A DNA stretch of 61,391 bases, counting the filler, from Blastocystis sp. subtype 4 (lineage: Eukaryota): assembly GCF_000743755.1 (NCBI RefSeq). It is 6 parts of 6 records of this genome, joined end to end, with 100 filler letters (N's around TTAATTAATTAA, not from the genome) between each part and the next. Parts side by side here need not be neighbours in the genome. Positions count along the whole stretch, not along the records: positions 10,321 to 20,529 come from NW_014569214.1; positions 20,630 to 30,771 come from NW_014569213.1; 4 more parts are not named here. The stretch is one strand, 5' to 3'. The position numbers and the translations under genes were made by a program. This document shows, piece by piece, positions 12,638-29,933 of this stretch. The first letter of the stretch is position 1. Each line of letters starts with the position of its first letter. Below the pieces are notes generated by a model that was given only the letters and a program-made list of their open reading frames with translations, was not told where the DNA came from and made no database searches.

Positions 12638-15600
12638 ATGAAAGATTTAATAGAATCGGAATTGAGATTGGTAATTCCGCTTCTTCACCAATCCTATCCG
12701 GATACGGTTACAACCAAAGTCTTTCTCCTTTCAATAATCTGATGTGTAGATTGAACCGAATAGTGACATGATCTGGATAATCAAACTGGATATTCTTTAC
12801 AATCGCTTGAAGAACAGTGATTCCTGTAGATTTCTTTGTAGAACGATCATTCAAAGGTTCTGTTATTAGTGAGTTAGCCGAAGTTCTTGAGATCTATTCT
12901 TATATCTTACATCTTCATGAAATTACTCTAGATCTTGTATCGGTCCTTTTGGGTTCGGTTTCGAATATTTTAACTGTGTTTATTGATGGTTCAGAGAATC
13001 AAGAGTTACAAACAAGCCTTAGTCTTTTTATCGAATCACTCTTTCTTGTGGAGTGTACTAATGGTCATCATTATGAGAAAGAGATCATTGTTACTCGAAT
13101 TGTAGTTCTTTTCGAGCGAATAATGTCCCATTCTCTTTGGCAATCGATTGGAGAAACGAATTTATGGCGAATTCTTTACTCACTCTATTACATTTCTACG
13201 AATGTGTGCTATTATTGTATGATTTGATGGATAGATTCAATATTCACAGAGTCTACAATATCTTGCATCAACAACAATGGAGACGAGTGTTGGGATCATT
13301 CTTTCTTTTATGCAGGATAACATACCGCGTAAGGAAGCAAACTCAGTTTCTGCCAGTTCAACTCCAATTCCTGATGGAACTGATACAACTGTTGTATCTG
13401 TTTCAGATTCGGAACAAGAGTCGTTGAATGATGTTCGTAGTGTTCAGTCCTCCAGCATTAAGAAGTATATTCATTCGGAGGAGACAACTCCTGACTTGGG
13501 ATTAGGAGAGAAGAATGAAATTGTTTCTGGGGAGAAAGTTCATGAAGAGATGATTAGAGAAGGAGGAGACGAGGAGAAAGTCACTGAGGAAGTAAGCAAG
13601 GATGAGAAGGCTCCTGAGGAAGTAAGCAAGGATGAGAAGGCTCCTGAGGAAGTAAGCAAACAAGAGAAGGCTCCTGAAGAAGCTCATAGAGACGCTATCA
13701 CTGAAGGAACTGTAACTCAAGACACAACCGTTATACCTCCTTCTGAACACCCTTCTCGCAAACAGTCAACACAAGAAGACAAGACAGTTCATTCCGCATT
13801 CTCAGAAACACTTACCAATTCCATCTCTGAGAGAAATCCACCTCAATCCTCCATGTCTTCGGAACATCTACTCACAACTACTTCAACCAAACCTCCATCC
13901 TTTCCATCAACTCCTTCTCAACCTATTCTCCTTCTCTGTAATGTTCCTCCTCTCACTCTTATTGAGAGTTCATGCGTTGTTCTTCGTTATTATGTTGATT
14001 TTTAGACTGGTGTCTCCACCATTCATTGCTTCTTCAATCTCCTCTCAGAGAGTCTACAGGTACCTTTCTCTTTCTTCTTCTTCTCCTAGTATTCACCTCA
14101 TTCCACATTGTCTGCGTTTAACCATCATTGTCTGCAGTTATCACTTCATATTCTTGCTATGATAATCACACAATTCTCTGGTATTATCCTGTGTTATCCT
14201 AATCTCATTCATTGTCTTTCACAGTCTCTTTTAGCCAATATCACCATTCTTACTTTCTATCAACAAACCACTTTACCAGTATTTGCAGAAATCATGACGA
14301 TTTTTGTTGCCATTTCTAATACAATGAATAGTCGGTTAAAGAAGGAATTGGAATTATTCTATGAGAAAGTGGTATTCCAAATATTGGGCAATATTTCTGT
14401 ATGTCATCAAATTGATCAACATCTGAAAGAGCAACTTCTTCTTCAGAGTTTGTTAGATATATACAGTAAACCCCGAGCACTTGAATCATTATTTCGAAAT
14501 TATGACTGTGATGTTTACTGCTTGAATCTTGTGAGTATCCTCTTTAATATTGTTGGTAGTTTCATTTTCCTGATCAATAGATCTATGAGAAAATGAATTT
14601 CTATCATTCGTTTGTCTGGCCTTCATATCTCGATGCACTTCGGAATGCAAAGAACCAGGGTCTTTCATCACCTCCTCATCCTCTGACGAATATTGAATTG
14701 CTTCAAAATCTCATGAATATATTACTCACAACTTGCAAATCTGATCTAACTCTTCCTTCTTCACAACTCCAACCTCGTACTGCTGGATATATCCTACAGA
14801 GTCACCAGTTCATGAAGGCTGTAGCTCGTTTTAATAGCCAGGATAAATCAGTGTTTGAGTTTATGACTACTTGTGGTAGAAGTGTTTCAGAGGTGTCATC
14901 CATAGGACTGTTATCAAAAGACCCTTCACCGCGGGAAATTGCTCATTTCCTTCGTTCATCATCTCTTTTGGACAAGAAAGAAATTGGTGAGTATTTGGGC
15001 AAGAACAAGGATCTGAATAAGGCCGTATTAGTGGAATACGTGAATTCGTTCAATTTTCACAATATTGGTGTGTTACCAGCTCTCCGTATGTTCCTAGAGA
15101 GTTTTCGTCTCCCAGGGGAATCTCAACAGATTGATCGTGTGATTGAAGTGAGTCAGAGAAGGATGCATGATGAATAGGCATTCTCTGTGAGAGCCTTCGA
15201 ACAGTGTGCAGAGAAGGAGGAACTAGTGAATGCAGACGTGACATATTGTCTTTCCTTCTCAATTATTATGTTGAATACAGATTTACACAACAAGAATATG
15301 AAGAAAGAAGATCGAATGACAATTGATGATTACATCAAATTCAATACTACATATGGTGATATGAACAAGGGGAGACCATTAAGTGACAAACTACTTCGAA
15401 GTATCTATCAGAGCATATTGGATGATCAATTATTGATTGTTGATGATGTACAAAATCAGCTCATTTTTTTGACATATAGCCCAAAAATGAGAATATTATT
15501 ACTCGTGGAAAATGGAAGGATTTTGTGGATGTGAATACAATAATGTATCCTAAGAATGCTCGATATTATAAGCTCTCTGAATCTGAGATTCCCTTGTAAT

Positions 15601-18493
15601 GAATGGGAAGAATTGATATTGTAGAATGCATCGTGAAATGATGAATGTATTGTGTCCAGTAGTATTGAAGTCTATACAGAGTTGTATCGAATCTAATCCT
15701 GGTTATACATCATTACAGACTAGTTTAGAAGAATTGAAATTATTGACTGCTTTGTGCGATATTCATAACAATAACTTAATGATTGATGACGTCATTCATC
15801 TTCTTGTTACCAATACTTCACTTGTTCTTAGTCCTCTGATTTATTCTATTTCTATTCCTTCTTATAATGATGCAAATTCTCCTCTGAATCTGCTACTTCA
15901 TCTCAAGCAATCATCTCCTCAGGAGTCTGTAAATGAGTCGAAAGAATTGCTGATTCTTGAATATGCTCCTATTCATCAGCTTCTTTCTTTTGCCAGTCCT
16001 TATTGGGAAGGGGCACGAGATGATGTTTGTGTTGGAATTCTCTGTTATCAAACACTGATGGATCTCATTCGAATACACGGCTCTTCTATTCAGAAGGGAT
16101 ACAATGATATTCTAATGCTTGTTGTCTCAATATTCTATATGGGAATGATCGATCAAAAAGAAGTGAGATATTTTGGAATTCCTGAAACATAGGACATTTT
16201 GTCTAAATTCATTCCTCATGACAGTACATACTGGTTTCCTCCTTCTCAATTACGCTCTCAGTTCCAACCTATGGATTCTACACTTCTCTTGCGTTCGGTT
16301 GTTCCAGAGGAACTCCACAGTCAGTCGCATGTAAGATCACAGATTCACAATGACGTATAGATACGGCCTGTGAATCACGATGATCTAATAGCCCTCATTC
16401 AAAGTATCCAGAATGAGAAATCTGTCTTCTCACTAAGGAAAACGAAGTTGGACACTGGCTTCAATCTGTCACGAGCGAGTTCTATTCTTCAGTCAATATC
16501 CTTGCTTAATCACTTATTATGACCTTCATTCCATGCTTTGAGTATAGTTAACCAAACAAGTTTTCTATCTCTTGTTAATCAGGATGATGTGGATTCTGCC
16601 ATGGTCGAAATTATTGTATTTTCATTATTACGAATGATCAAACAACCATGGTGTAGGTTTATTTAGGGATGATGATGGATAGTGGAATCAGAGATTCAGC
16701 ATGTTGACTTTGATGATGTGTGCTTTTGAGAACATAATCACTTGTAGAGTCTTGCACAGAGTTATCAAATTCAACGAATCATTCTATTTGGTGTTCTTGT
16801 GGAAATTCTCTTGTATAATGAAAACCGGATTCAGTTATTATTGCCACAAATATCCCGTTTTTTGGTCACATGGATTCCACAGGTTCCTGTTCCATCTCAC
16901 GAAGCCTATGCATTATTATCATATGTTGGATTGATTATTGAAGCCTCGTTCCATCTTGATTATCATGTGGTGATTGTATGAGTGCTATGAACGTAGGTCT
17001 TATCTCTGTTCGATTCGTTCATTCATTTACCGCGATCATCTCTTGTTCAATTGCTCCCACAGATTAGTTCTGTATTGCTTCGAGTGGATTTCACTTCTTC
17101 AATTCATTCCATAGGTTGTAAGCAATATTGCTGAAGATTTGAACGATAATGTGGAGATGTGGAGTATCCTCGAGAATATACTAGATTCACTAATTATGTG
17201 TTCTGAGAATAATAATGGTGATATTTTGAAGACGGTAGATTTCGTGTTTAACAATTTTGAGATTAATCGTTATATTCCGAATGATTTCACATCCACATTG
17301 TGTCTTCTGATTAGTAACTTGTATCTCCATAATAATGAATCGACAACAGACCAAATCTGCAATGAGGATATATTCAATTGTTATATTTCTGTTATCAATT
17401 ATTCTTATGTCATTTACAATAATATATGGTCTTCTTATGAGCGAAGAGTAGCTAAGAACCAATTTGGTTGAAATGAGGAGGAATCTTGACTCTTAGATTT
17501 CAATAAATCGGAACTTCAATCGTTAGTTCGAGTTGTTGCTATGATATGCAAAGATAAACATGAGAACACTGTTGTGGAGGGTTTGAAGTGTTTACGAGTC
17601 ATTGTAACTTCTTTTTGTGATGAATAGACCATGTTCAGTGATCACCGTGTACACATGCTTGATGTTCATGATTGGATTGAGTTAATTCAGCTTCTTCTTT
17701 ATCCTGCCGTGAAGGACACAATCAATAGTATCATGAGTAATCAGTATACTTGAATAATGGATTTCAGGTGTAGTCGTGTTGTTGTTAATCCCCGCGGGAA
17801 TAAACTACGTGAAAACGAAGCTATTTCTATCATCATCGATGTGGATCTGAGTAGATTTGATAATAAGTAGTTCCTGAAGGAAGTATTTCTCAATCGCTTA
17901 CGTGATATCGTGGATGATCCATCCTTCTGCAATCTTTGGATTAGTGTTTGTGAAGTTCATTTGATTGAAGCATAGTACTGTTGTTTGGTGGAATTGATTC
18001 ACGTGATTACGCAACCAGATAGTTCAATTCGTGAAATGAATACGATGACAATGATTACAATGATTGGTGCACTTTCTTCTCTTCAATGCTTCTCTGTATG
18101 GATGCATATGATTAATGAGAGTAGATGATCTATAAGAACCAGAACCTACAAATTGCAACAGAGCAAGCAATGCCTGTATTTGCTCGTGATTCCAACATGG
18201 TCAAGTATTTCAAAACGAAGGATGAAGAGATTGGTGATGAGGAAGAAGGAACGAATCCAAATCGATATGTGGATGAAATTGATCAGTATTACAATAACAA
18301 GAAGATTATTGATCGAATGGGAGCAGAGAAGGCTTCAGATTTACCGAGTGTTGAGAAGGAGAGTAGTGTAAAAGAATTACCGTTTTTAGCTGGTTCAGGT
18401 GTTGAGAAGGAGATGTTCTCTCCTCATGCTGATACTTTAGACATTGGTGACCTTGAAGATGTGGAATCTGTAAAGAGTGATCGAAGTGATTAG
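12638..18493 (+). CDS. Large Sec7-domain ARF guanine-nucleotide exchange factor (GBF/BIG family), many short introns
   Basis: HUS box FRNYDCDVYCLN; Sec7 motifs LDKKEIGEYLG, ALRMFLESFRLPGESQQIDRVIE, YCLSFSIIMLNTDLHN. Confidence 0.9.
13586..13675 (+). repeat. Three 30-nt tandem coding repeats (EEVSKDEKAP) in the ARF-GEF
   Basis: gaggaagtaagcaaggatgagaaggctcct twice, plus a third copy with a few substitutions. Confidence 0.9.
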
Positions 18494-18578
18494 TTATGCT
18501 TTGTTTGTGGAATATCTCAAATTTGGGGTCCCAAATATAGATACTAATGATTATCAGTTTAAAATATTTGAATCAACA

Positions 18579-20369
18579 ATGGCACCTCGTTGCTATGTTG
18601 GTATTGATTTCGGATCCTCAAAAATCCGTATATCATCACTGAATGTGGACTCTTCCGTTAGCTCGCATGATATCCGCATCTTACCGACAGATGGTAGATC
18701 TATCGACACATTGTAGCGTATATAACTTATGTTTGAGTTTAGAAATGTGATGAGTGTGAAGAAGGGTCAGCCTTTCTTTGGAAATGGAGTAAAAGTATGT
18801 CCTTTTTACTTGAATTTAGGATAGTCAAATGCAGATAGATTCAATACAGTTTATTATGTAAAGGAACTGCTAGGTGAATCCAACTTGATGGATGAATGGC
18901 AAGAGAATACTGGAATGCAGTATCCTATTCAGGTATCCGAAAATAAGAAATACCACGGGTTGGAGATTGGTTTGGAGTTTAAGAACAACACCAAAACTCA
19001 GTTGTCGGTGGAATACATAGCTGGACTCATCGTGAAGTTCTGTAATGAGGCTATTAAGTCGAGCCTTGGTGATGGTTCTTATTCAGTGACTGTCAGTGTA
19101 AAGCTCATAGGAGATGTTGAAGTATAGTACCCCTGCTTTTGGTCTTCGGAGAAGGTTCAATCACTCCTTTGTGCTCTTAAACTTGCGAATGTGGAAAATG
19201 TGCAATTAGTCCCCGATTTTGCTGCAATAGCTTACAGTTATTGTTGCTGTAATGCAGACTCCTCAAAGGGAAGGTCTGAAACGGTTTGCTGCTTTTCGAT
19301 GGGGTATTCGTATACTATGGCATTTCTCTTCACATTCATCCAAGTCTGATTAGGAGAGTTTGCTAATCTCTAGGATGCCTGTTTTATTACAGACTGTGCT
19401 GTTTCAAGAAAACTAGGAGGAAAGTACTTTGATAAAGTATTCCGAAGATTTGTGAAAGAGGAACTCCAGAAAGAGAATATAACCTGGAACGATGTAGCTC
19501 ATGGGAAATATGCAGCTCAATTTCACAAAATTATGGTTCGAGCGAAAGATGATTTGTGTTCAGAAGGTTTTGAGTCATGTATGTTGAATCTGGATATGAT
19601 TTCTGAGTATGACAATGTGGAGTTATATCAAGAAGAGTTCTTTAATATGATTGATAAAGATATGATAAAGAGAACTCTTAGTGAGTTATTACGTCAAATA
19701 CAGAAGAATCACATTGATCTTGTCTGTTTGTGTGGAAGTGCAATTCGACATAAGCTTGTACGAGATTGTTTAAATGTACTTGTGAAAGAGAATCATAGCC
19801 GTATATCTGAAATACTTCAGATGGATGAAGCAGTTGTCCGAGGTCTTGTATTAGCTCAAATGACGGAGTATGATAAGATTTCCTATCAATATGTGAAAAT
19901 GAATTCAACAAAAGAGTATTATGATCTTGATAAACAGAGTCGAGAGTGGATGGCTCCTGTAGAGATGGATCATGTCAGTACTGAGGCTCATCAGGGATAC
20001 CAAACCCAATACTCTCAGTATGAAATGGAACGTAAGGAGGTTGAAGCTGCCAGTCAAAGCTATCGAGAGGAGATCAATAAGGCAACGAATCTTCTCGAAG
20101 AGTAGTTATGAGATGTACGTGTCATGAATAGGATCCCTATAGAAAGGAGAGCTGAAAGTCAAGGGACTCTGAACCAGTATGATGCAATTCTCACCACTGG
20201 ATCAGCAACTGTTATCAAGACTAAGAAATCCTTTGAGGATTTCAGTGATTCTCTTAAAGAATTCCAGAAACAGTTGGAAGAGGCAAAGGATTCATATGTA
20301 CCTCTCACTTATTTTGTTCCTATACGATTGTCTGATGAAGATATGAAAAATGTGGGATTACAGCAATAA
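18579..20369 (+). CDS. Divergent Hsp70/Hsp110-fold protein
   Basis: YVGIDFGSSKIRIS, VTVSVPCFW, LGGKYFD, VCLCGSAIR, LQMDEAVVRGL match the Hsp70 nucleotide-binding domain in order; short helical C-terminus. Confidence 0.8.
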
Positions 20370-20430
20370 AGAGTGTTATGTTTGTTAAAGAAACAGAGTA
20401 TAACCATATCTGAGTACCTTCACTCAATCT

Positions 20431-20529
20431 TTACTCTTCAGTCGTGTTCTTTCCATTTCTTCTAGCCACACGTCCAGGACGACCACCTCCATAGGGAGAG
20501 TTCTCAGCGAACTGAATGTGCTTCTCTGA
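20431..20529 (-). CDS. RPS9: 40S ribosomal protein S9 (uS4), C-terminal fragment
   Basis: SEKHIQFAENSPYGGGRPGRVARRNGKNTTEE*, matching the conserved uS4 tail SPYGGGRPGRV. Confidence 0.92.
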   Translation of the reverse strand, partial: SEKHIQFAENSPYGGGRPGRVARRNGKNTTEE

Positions 20530-20629
20530 NNNNNNNNNNNNNNNNNNNNNNNNNNNNNNNNNNNNNNNNNNNNTTAATTAATTAANNNNNNNNNNNNNNN
20601 NNNNNNNNNNNNNNNNNNNNNNNNNNNNN

Positions 20630-20728
20630 AAAGTATAAGACTTGATTTTGTTGTTATGATATGTATTCTTGATGATATTATACTCAAACCAGAACAAATT
20701 CATATCAGCATATATTTACACAACAAAC
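20630..20728 (+). repeat. 99-bp inverted repeat, left copy at contig end
   Basis: Exact reverse complement of 30673-30771. Confidence 0.92.
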
Positions 20729-20862
20729 CTAGTCTACTTTAGCAAATATTTGAATAATCCGTTTTACTCTTCTCATTCCTCATTGGATTTCTTATGCGAC
20801 ACAAGAATTGTAGATTTTAGTTGTGTTTCGTCCACTTCTTTCTCTTTAATCATACTATTTTA

Positions 20863-21790
20863 ATGAACCAAGATCCTTTTGCTCCGAATCAAGGTCTAGA
20901 GATGGATTTGGATACTTCCAATGTATTGAGTTGTGAAATGTGGGAGAGGAGCAATTCAGGTTTTATGTATAGAGTTGAAGCCAGTACAAACGATCCAGTG
21001 CAACCTATCATACAAGTTGTTCCTTCCGAACTGTTGGGATCACTTTTGTTTTTTATCTGTAGGGTTCAGAAACAATATATAGATCTGCCTGTGAATATCA
21101 GTAATAGTATTTCTGTGAACAATCCTCCGAGTACTTCCGAAAAGCCTGTTATTGAGGGTATTGTTATTCCACCAGATCCAGAAAATGGAAACGCTATTGC
21201 TGAATCTTATGAAAGCATGTGTATTGATGTCGAACCGTAAGTCCTCATTGACGTCGTAACAGACAGCGAAATTCAATTAGACCTGGTCTCTGTTATTGCG
21301 GCAATGAAATGTCATCGGATAATTGCCTTTATCGCAACATTATTGCTAGCGGCAGCCGCGATAGCCTTTTTGGTGTTTAAATTCTATGACTCTGGATTTC
21401 TATTTATCCTTCTCTGCCTTATTCAGTTGCTTGGCTATGGTCTTGCTTTCCGCTACTCCCTAAAAATTGTCACTTTCATATCCTTGTGTTCATCACTATT
21501 TGCTTCTTAACGATACGTTGTATGCATGTATATTGTGGGTATCATTCTGTCTATTGTCTATATTGTGATTTACTGGTACGACTTGTTTAGAGATTCTTCA
21601 CTGAATGATTTACTGGAAATAATCACAATAAGTATATATACACTACTTGCAGTTGGAATGGATGGGTAGCTCAATTGTAGGTTGTGCAATGTTTGTACTT
21701 TTCGAAGATTCGATATTATTTATATCATATTCCACCCTCTCGTTTGGAATCTGTGGATTTGTAATGAATAGAGCGAGATCTTATTCGATT
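20863..21790 (+). CDS. Hypothetical membrane protein with several C-terminal TM helices; 3' end approximate
   Basis: ORFs 20821..21240 and 21304..21510 and further hydrophobic exons separated by short GT-AG introns. Confidence 0.5.
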
Positions 21791-21971
21791 CATGGAAAAG
21801 GAGAATCGAAAGGAGATCAAACCACGACTACATTTTTTGCGTGTAGACTAAGTGTATGTGTTATTAGCATCTTTGAATACTGTTTGTTTTCAATTTTGAC
21901 AGATCTTCGTTTGAGCGAAGAAGCGAAGAGACCCTTATTCCTCTCCGTGATAGTAAAGTACAAATTCCATA

Positions 21972-24266
21972 ATGCTATTGCTGCTATCACTATTCCTAAT
22001 AGTCTCTTCGTTGGCAATTGACAGTCCCCCTTCTTGTCTACTCAGTCTATCGTGATTATTTGTAGGTTGTTCCATTGGAACAATCCGGTGTGTCAATATG
22101 GCTGGATTGCCTCTAGAAGACAGACGATCGAGATACTATCAGCAATGTACGACAGGACAGTGGTCAGGAACGACCATTGTTCCTGACAATAAGATATGTT
22201 ATCTTGGGCAGCTCTTTTCAAGTGACTTTTGTGGGGGGATCCCTCCCCAACCAGAATGTAGTTTCTCTGGTTTTCAGTGTTATAATGATAATAATGTGAT
22301 CACATCCACAGAGTGCACATCAAGGTACTCCTTCTTTCGTTTCATTACCCCTAGAATTGTGTTGTGTCAGAATGGGTACCTCTCCTCACCGATTTCCGTT
22401 TCAAGTAAGTCACTAGGGTTATAATCGACCATAGATGGATTTAACTGTTTCAATGGCGAAATGGTTGCATCAAGTCAATGTATTCAACCCGAATGCGATT
22501 TCACCGGCATTCAGTGCACCAATGCTTATTACGTCCCTGCTGAAGACGAATGTACCAAGAACTTCGTAACTTGCACTAGTGGTCAATTGTCATCACCCAT
22601 CCAGGTTGGTACCAATATGGCTTGTCTCAATGGAGCTGCAATCCCTGAACGGAACTGTCAATCTATCATCGATCCTTTTATATGTCATTTCACTGGAATC
22701 CGTTGTGTTGGTGTGGATGGAATGATATGGGATGATAAGGAAACATCTCATTACATTCTCTGTAACAATGGTATCGTGTCGCAACCTATTCCTGTACCTA
22801 GTGGATCGACCTGCTTCAATCATCAATTCATTCTAGACAATCTTGTCCACTGTGATGCTGCCGTTGTCGGATGTCAACCTGGACTCTACGAATGTGTCAA
22901 TCAATATGGATCTGTTGTCAAGAACAGCTGTACAGACTATGCACGCACTTGCAAGAATGGAATTACTACAGAACCTACTCCAGTGATGGAAGGATACAGC
23001 TGCTACAATGGAGCTATGATCCCTGATACTCTCTGTCCTGCACGGGATTCCAACTCCTGTTCCTTCTGTCGTCTCCGTTGTATCAATGATAAGGGACTTG
23101 CTTCTTATTCGGAATGTACCAGTCGATATGTCACCTGTGTCAATGGTACTGTATCCAGTCCTCATTACGTTCCATTTGGCTCCAGTTGCTATCGCAGCTC
23201 TATCATAAACACTTCATTCTGTCCACTTCCTAATGGCTGCTCAGCCAGTCCCACTGGACCTACTGGACCTACTGGACCTACTGGACCTACTGGAGAACAA
23301 GGACCCCAGGGAGAACAAGGGCCTCAGGGACCTCAGGGACCCCAAGGACCTACTGGAGAGCCAGGACCTACTGGAGAGCCAGGTCCTACAGGAGCCCCTG
23401 GTGCTCGTGGACCTACTGGTGCTACGGGTCCCACAGGTGAGCCAGGATTGCAGGGTGAAGCTGGTGTGTTTGGAGCTCTTGGACCTATAGGTCCTACAGG
23501 TCCTACTGGAGAACCGGGTCCTACAGGAGAACCCGGAGGAGTTGGACCAACAGGACCAGAAGGACCAACCGGAGCTCAAGGACCAAGAGGACCTCAGGGA
23601 CCAAGAGGACCTCAGGGACCAAGAGGACCAACTGGACCCATCTCAGAAGTCACAGGTCCTACTGGACCAATGGGACCTACAGGTGCACCTGGAGCTACAG
23701 GAACTACAGGCGCGACGGGAGCCACAGGACCTACTGGACAAGCAGGAGCTATGGGAGCTACAGGTAGAATGGGTGCCAGAGGAGTTACAGGACCAACGGG
23801 AGCTACAGGAGCTACGGGAGCCATTGAAGACACAGAAGACTTCACCATGATGCTCTCGGAGATGGATTTCCTGATCGACTCACGAATCGATAATATTCTG
23901 ACGAATGACACAACTGCTCTTATTGTAGAACATCAGAATCCACTTGATACGTTCGCAGATAACGGTGTCACTCTTGAGTAGGTCTGAAAAAAGGAAATAA
24001 ACCATAGACGTTTCATAGAAAGCAGTTGTTCAGGTGAACCATCCCTAATTGAAACTGAAGACTGGCCATGTACCGATCTATCATGTCCTTTGACAACAAC
24101 TGTCACTTACCGTAAGAATAATAAAGCTAAATTCCTTGTAGAGAGCATAGTAGCTACGGAAACGTGTGTTTCCAGAATCAAACTAGTTCTAACGAATACA
24201 GAAACATCTGTTGTCACTACACTATTTTCTGCGTGGTCAAATCCTGTAGAACTAACGAATCCTTGA
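21972..24266 (+). CDS. Secreted Cys-repeat plus Gly-Pro-Thr-rich collagen-like protein (copy 1)
   Basis: Signal [15 protein letters not shown]; about 6 six-Cys repeats (C-x-F-x-G-x2-C...C-T-x2-Y-x2-C-x-NG...C-x-NG...C); long uninterrupted Gly-X-Y run at about 23254-23825. Confidence 0.88.
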
Positions 24267-24475
24267 GCATGTACAATCTGTTTATCTGTTTGTTACAATA
24301 ATCATGGACCTTTGATCTCACCCTAAAAACTCCATATTGCCAAATTGAATATTAGGTAATTCCCGCGATTCATATCCACCGATGAAACTCCCTTATCAAT
24401 CTTCGTTTTGACAGGTGAAGACGAGGATTCTGTCAATTCAAAGGCGAACATATATTAGCTAGTAAAGTGAATCGA

Positions 24476-26863
<2,388 letters not shown>

Positions 26864-27118
26864 ATCTGTTTAAGAAAGAAACACTAATCCGCGGGAATTA
26901 GTCTGTATCCTAACACGACAAAAACCATACACATTCGGCAGTGGATCTGTATTGAGTGTAAATCGTTCCTGAAATCAGAATCAGCGTTCCACTATAGCTG
27001 AAGAGAGAATAGTTGCAGGCAGATGTAAAACGTGAATAAGGGTGATGTGATCCTTAGGAACCAAGGATATGATTTTCCAACCGATTATGTTAATGGAGAG
27101 GAGAATTCGAGTGTTCAA

Positions 27119-28216
<1,098 letters not shown>

Positions 28217-28234
28217 CTTGTGTTTGTAACAAAT

Positions 28235-29721
28235 TCAAGACTCTTTTTGCTTCACCATTATCCAGAACTTTCTTGTTTCACCCTTCTCTCCGAAGATTTG
28301 TAGATAATCATCACTATTCTTTGAATCACCAACACTTCCTCTTGGAACCAATGTCTCTACTGTTTCATACACAGATCGCAATAGCAAGGATTCTACACTT
28401 CATTCATTGGATCCATTTCTCACCGCTATAGGTGCTATATGGAGAGATAATCACATCAGGATGGCGCTGATGACGCATATCAATTGGATCATATGTAATA
28501 CTGCCATTTGCTAAGCGACGTCCACGGCGCAGAATCAAGAGTGTGCGTTTGCTTCGACGCAACAGAGTGGGTGTAGTCTCATGAAGAGCCTTCATATCTT
28601 CATCATGTGACTGTACCCACACAAGATTCTCCACATAGTAGAAGCCCTTGTTTTCAAATATCTCAATGATGAGAGGAATGTTCTCTTTGTCGGCCCATAC
28701 AAAAACAAAACCAGTTGGAACCAACTTACGAGGTAATGAGAGTTGAGAAAAACAAGTAAAGTCATAGTTAGGGGGAGTATTTAGGAATACGACCTTGATG
28801 TTAGAGATGAATGAAATGATTACATTGAAAACCTTCCCAAGTGATGTATAGTCAAAACTTATGGGATCATCAACATAAACTGTATGATCTTCTTCAGGAG
28901 GTGAATACTGGGTAATACGATGTGTCCATGTTAATGGAATTTGTCTTGATGAGATACAATTATTATTACTTACTGAGGAATCTTGATATACTCATAGGGG
29001 TAAGGAACAGGATAATCACCGACAAATGTGAGTTTGATGGCTCCAGTTTCATCATGTTCCACTCGATAGCATTTTCTATCAATGAACAAAATTAGATCCT
29101 ATTTACCTTGATAATGCTTTGCTTGTAACCATATCTAAAAAATGTTTGGTCTTTGAGTAGTGTAAGTGAATACCACCAGATCCATGACCAGCTCTCTTAC
29201 GATTTCCTCCTCTATAATGAATTATTCTGGTTGTAAATACTCATAGTCCTCCGAATCATAATCGAAATCATCATCATTTTCTTCAATGTCCATATCACTA
29301 TCCCCAAAATCTCTAATTGATGACATCAGCTGCCAATAACGACTCATCATTTCCATCATCACTGTCAAGCACACTCCCGATTTTTGTGTATAATTCTCTT
29401 AACTCGTCTTCATTTAGTTCTCCACTAGGATAAAACGCCTACACGGAACCTACTCTCCATTCTCCATCGACCCATCTCCGTCTCCATTAATCTAATCATT
29501 ATTTACCATCTATAGAAAGACTTTCGCCTGCGCTGCTTTCTTCTTTTGCATTGCCTCCAATTCTTCAAATTTCTTCATAATCTCCTCCGGAGATACAGAG
29601 TCATCGACATATCTAACTATTGGATCTTCCAAGAATGTTACGGTATATAGTTAGCGACATTCACATGAGGATGTCTAGAACTCGGGCGACGACTTCGCTT
29701 ATCTCTCAGTTCATACGACAT
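28235..29721 (-). CDS. MT-A70-family adenine methyltransferase-like protein lacking DPPW (AMT6/7 / MTA9-like)
   Basis: Spliced VVFLNTPP...GFVFVWADKE...GFYYVENLVWV...RSKRTLLILRRG...IDMRHQRHPDVII...VYETVETLVP...YLQIFGEKGETRKFW; N-terminal YVDDSVSPEEIMKKFEELE. Confidence 0.75.
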
Positions 29722-29933
29722 GTTGAAAAGGAGACAGGAAACTACTTTTGAATTGATTCCAGAAAGCAGCAAATTATTAGTCATTCCTGGTATTCAAGCA
29801 ATTTTGGCATCACAAGAGATAGAACTGATTCTACATTCTTGAGTGTTGCAGATGAAGAATATCTCATTGACAACAACACAGATGATTTTCGTCTCACATG
29901 GGAATCACTTTCTTCTTGAAGTGAGGTTTAAAA

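Noticed and set aside
23250..23300. Short 9-nt tandem repeats as a CRISPR-like or satellite array
   Set aside because: They are GPT codons; no spacers; eukaryotic gene context.
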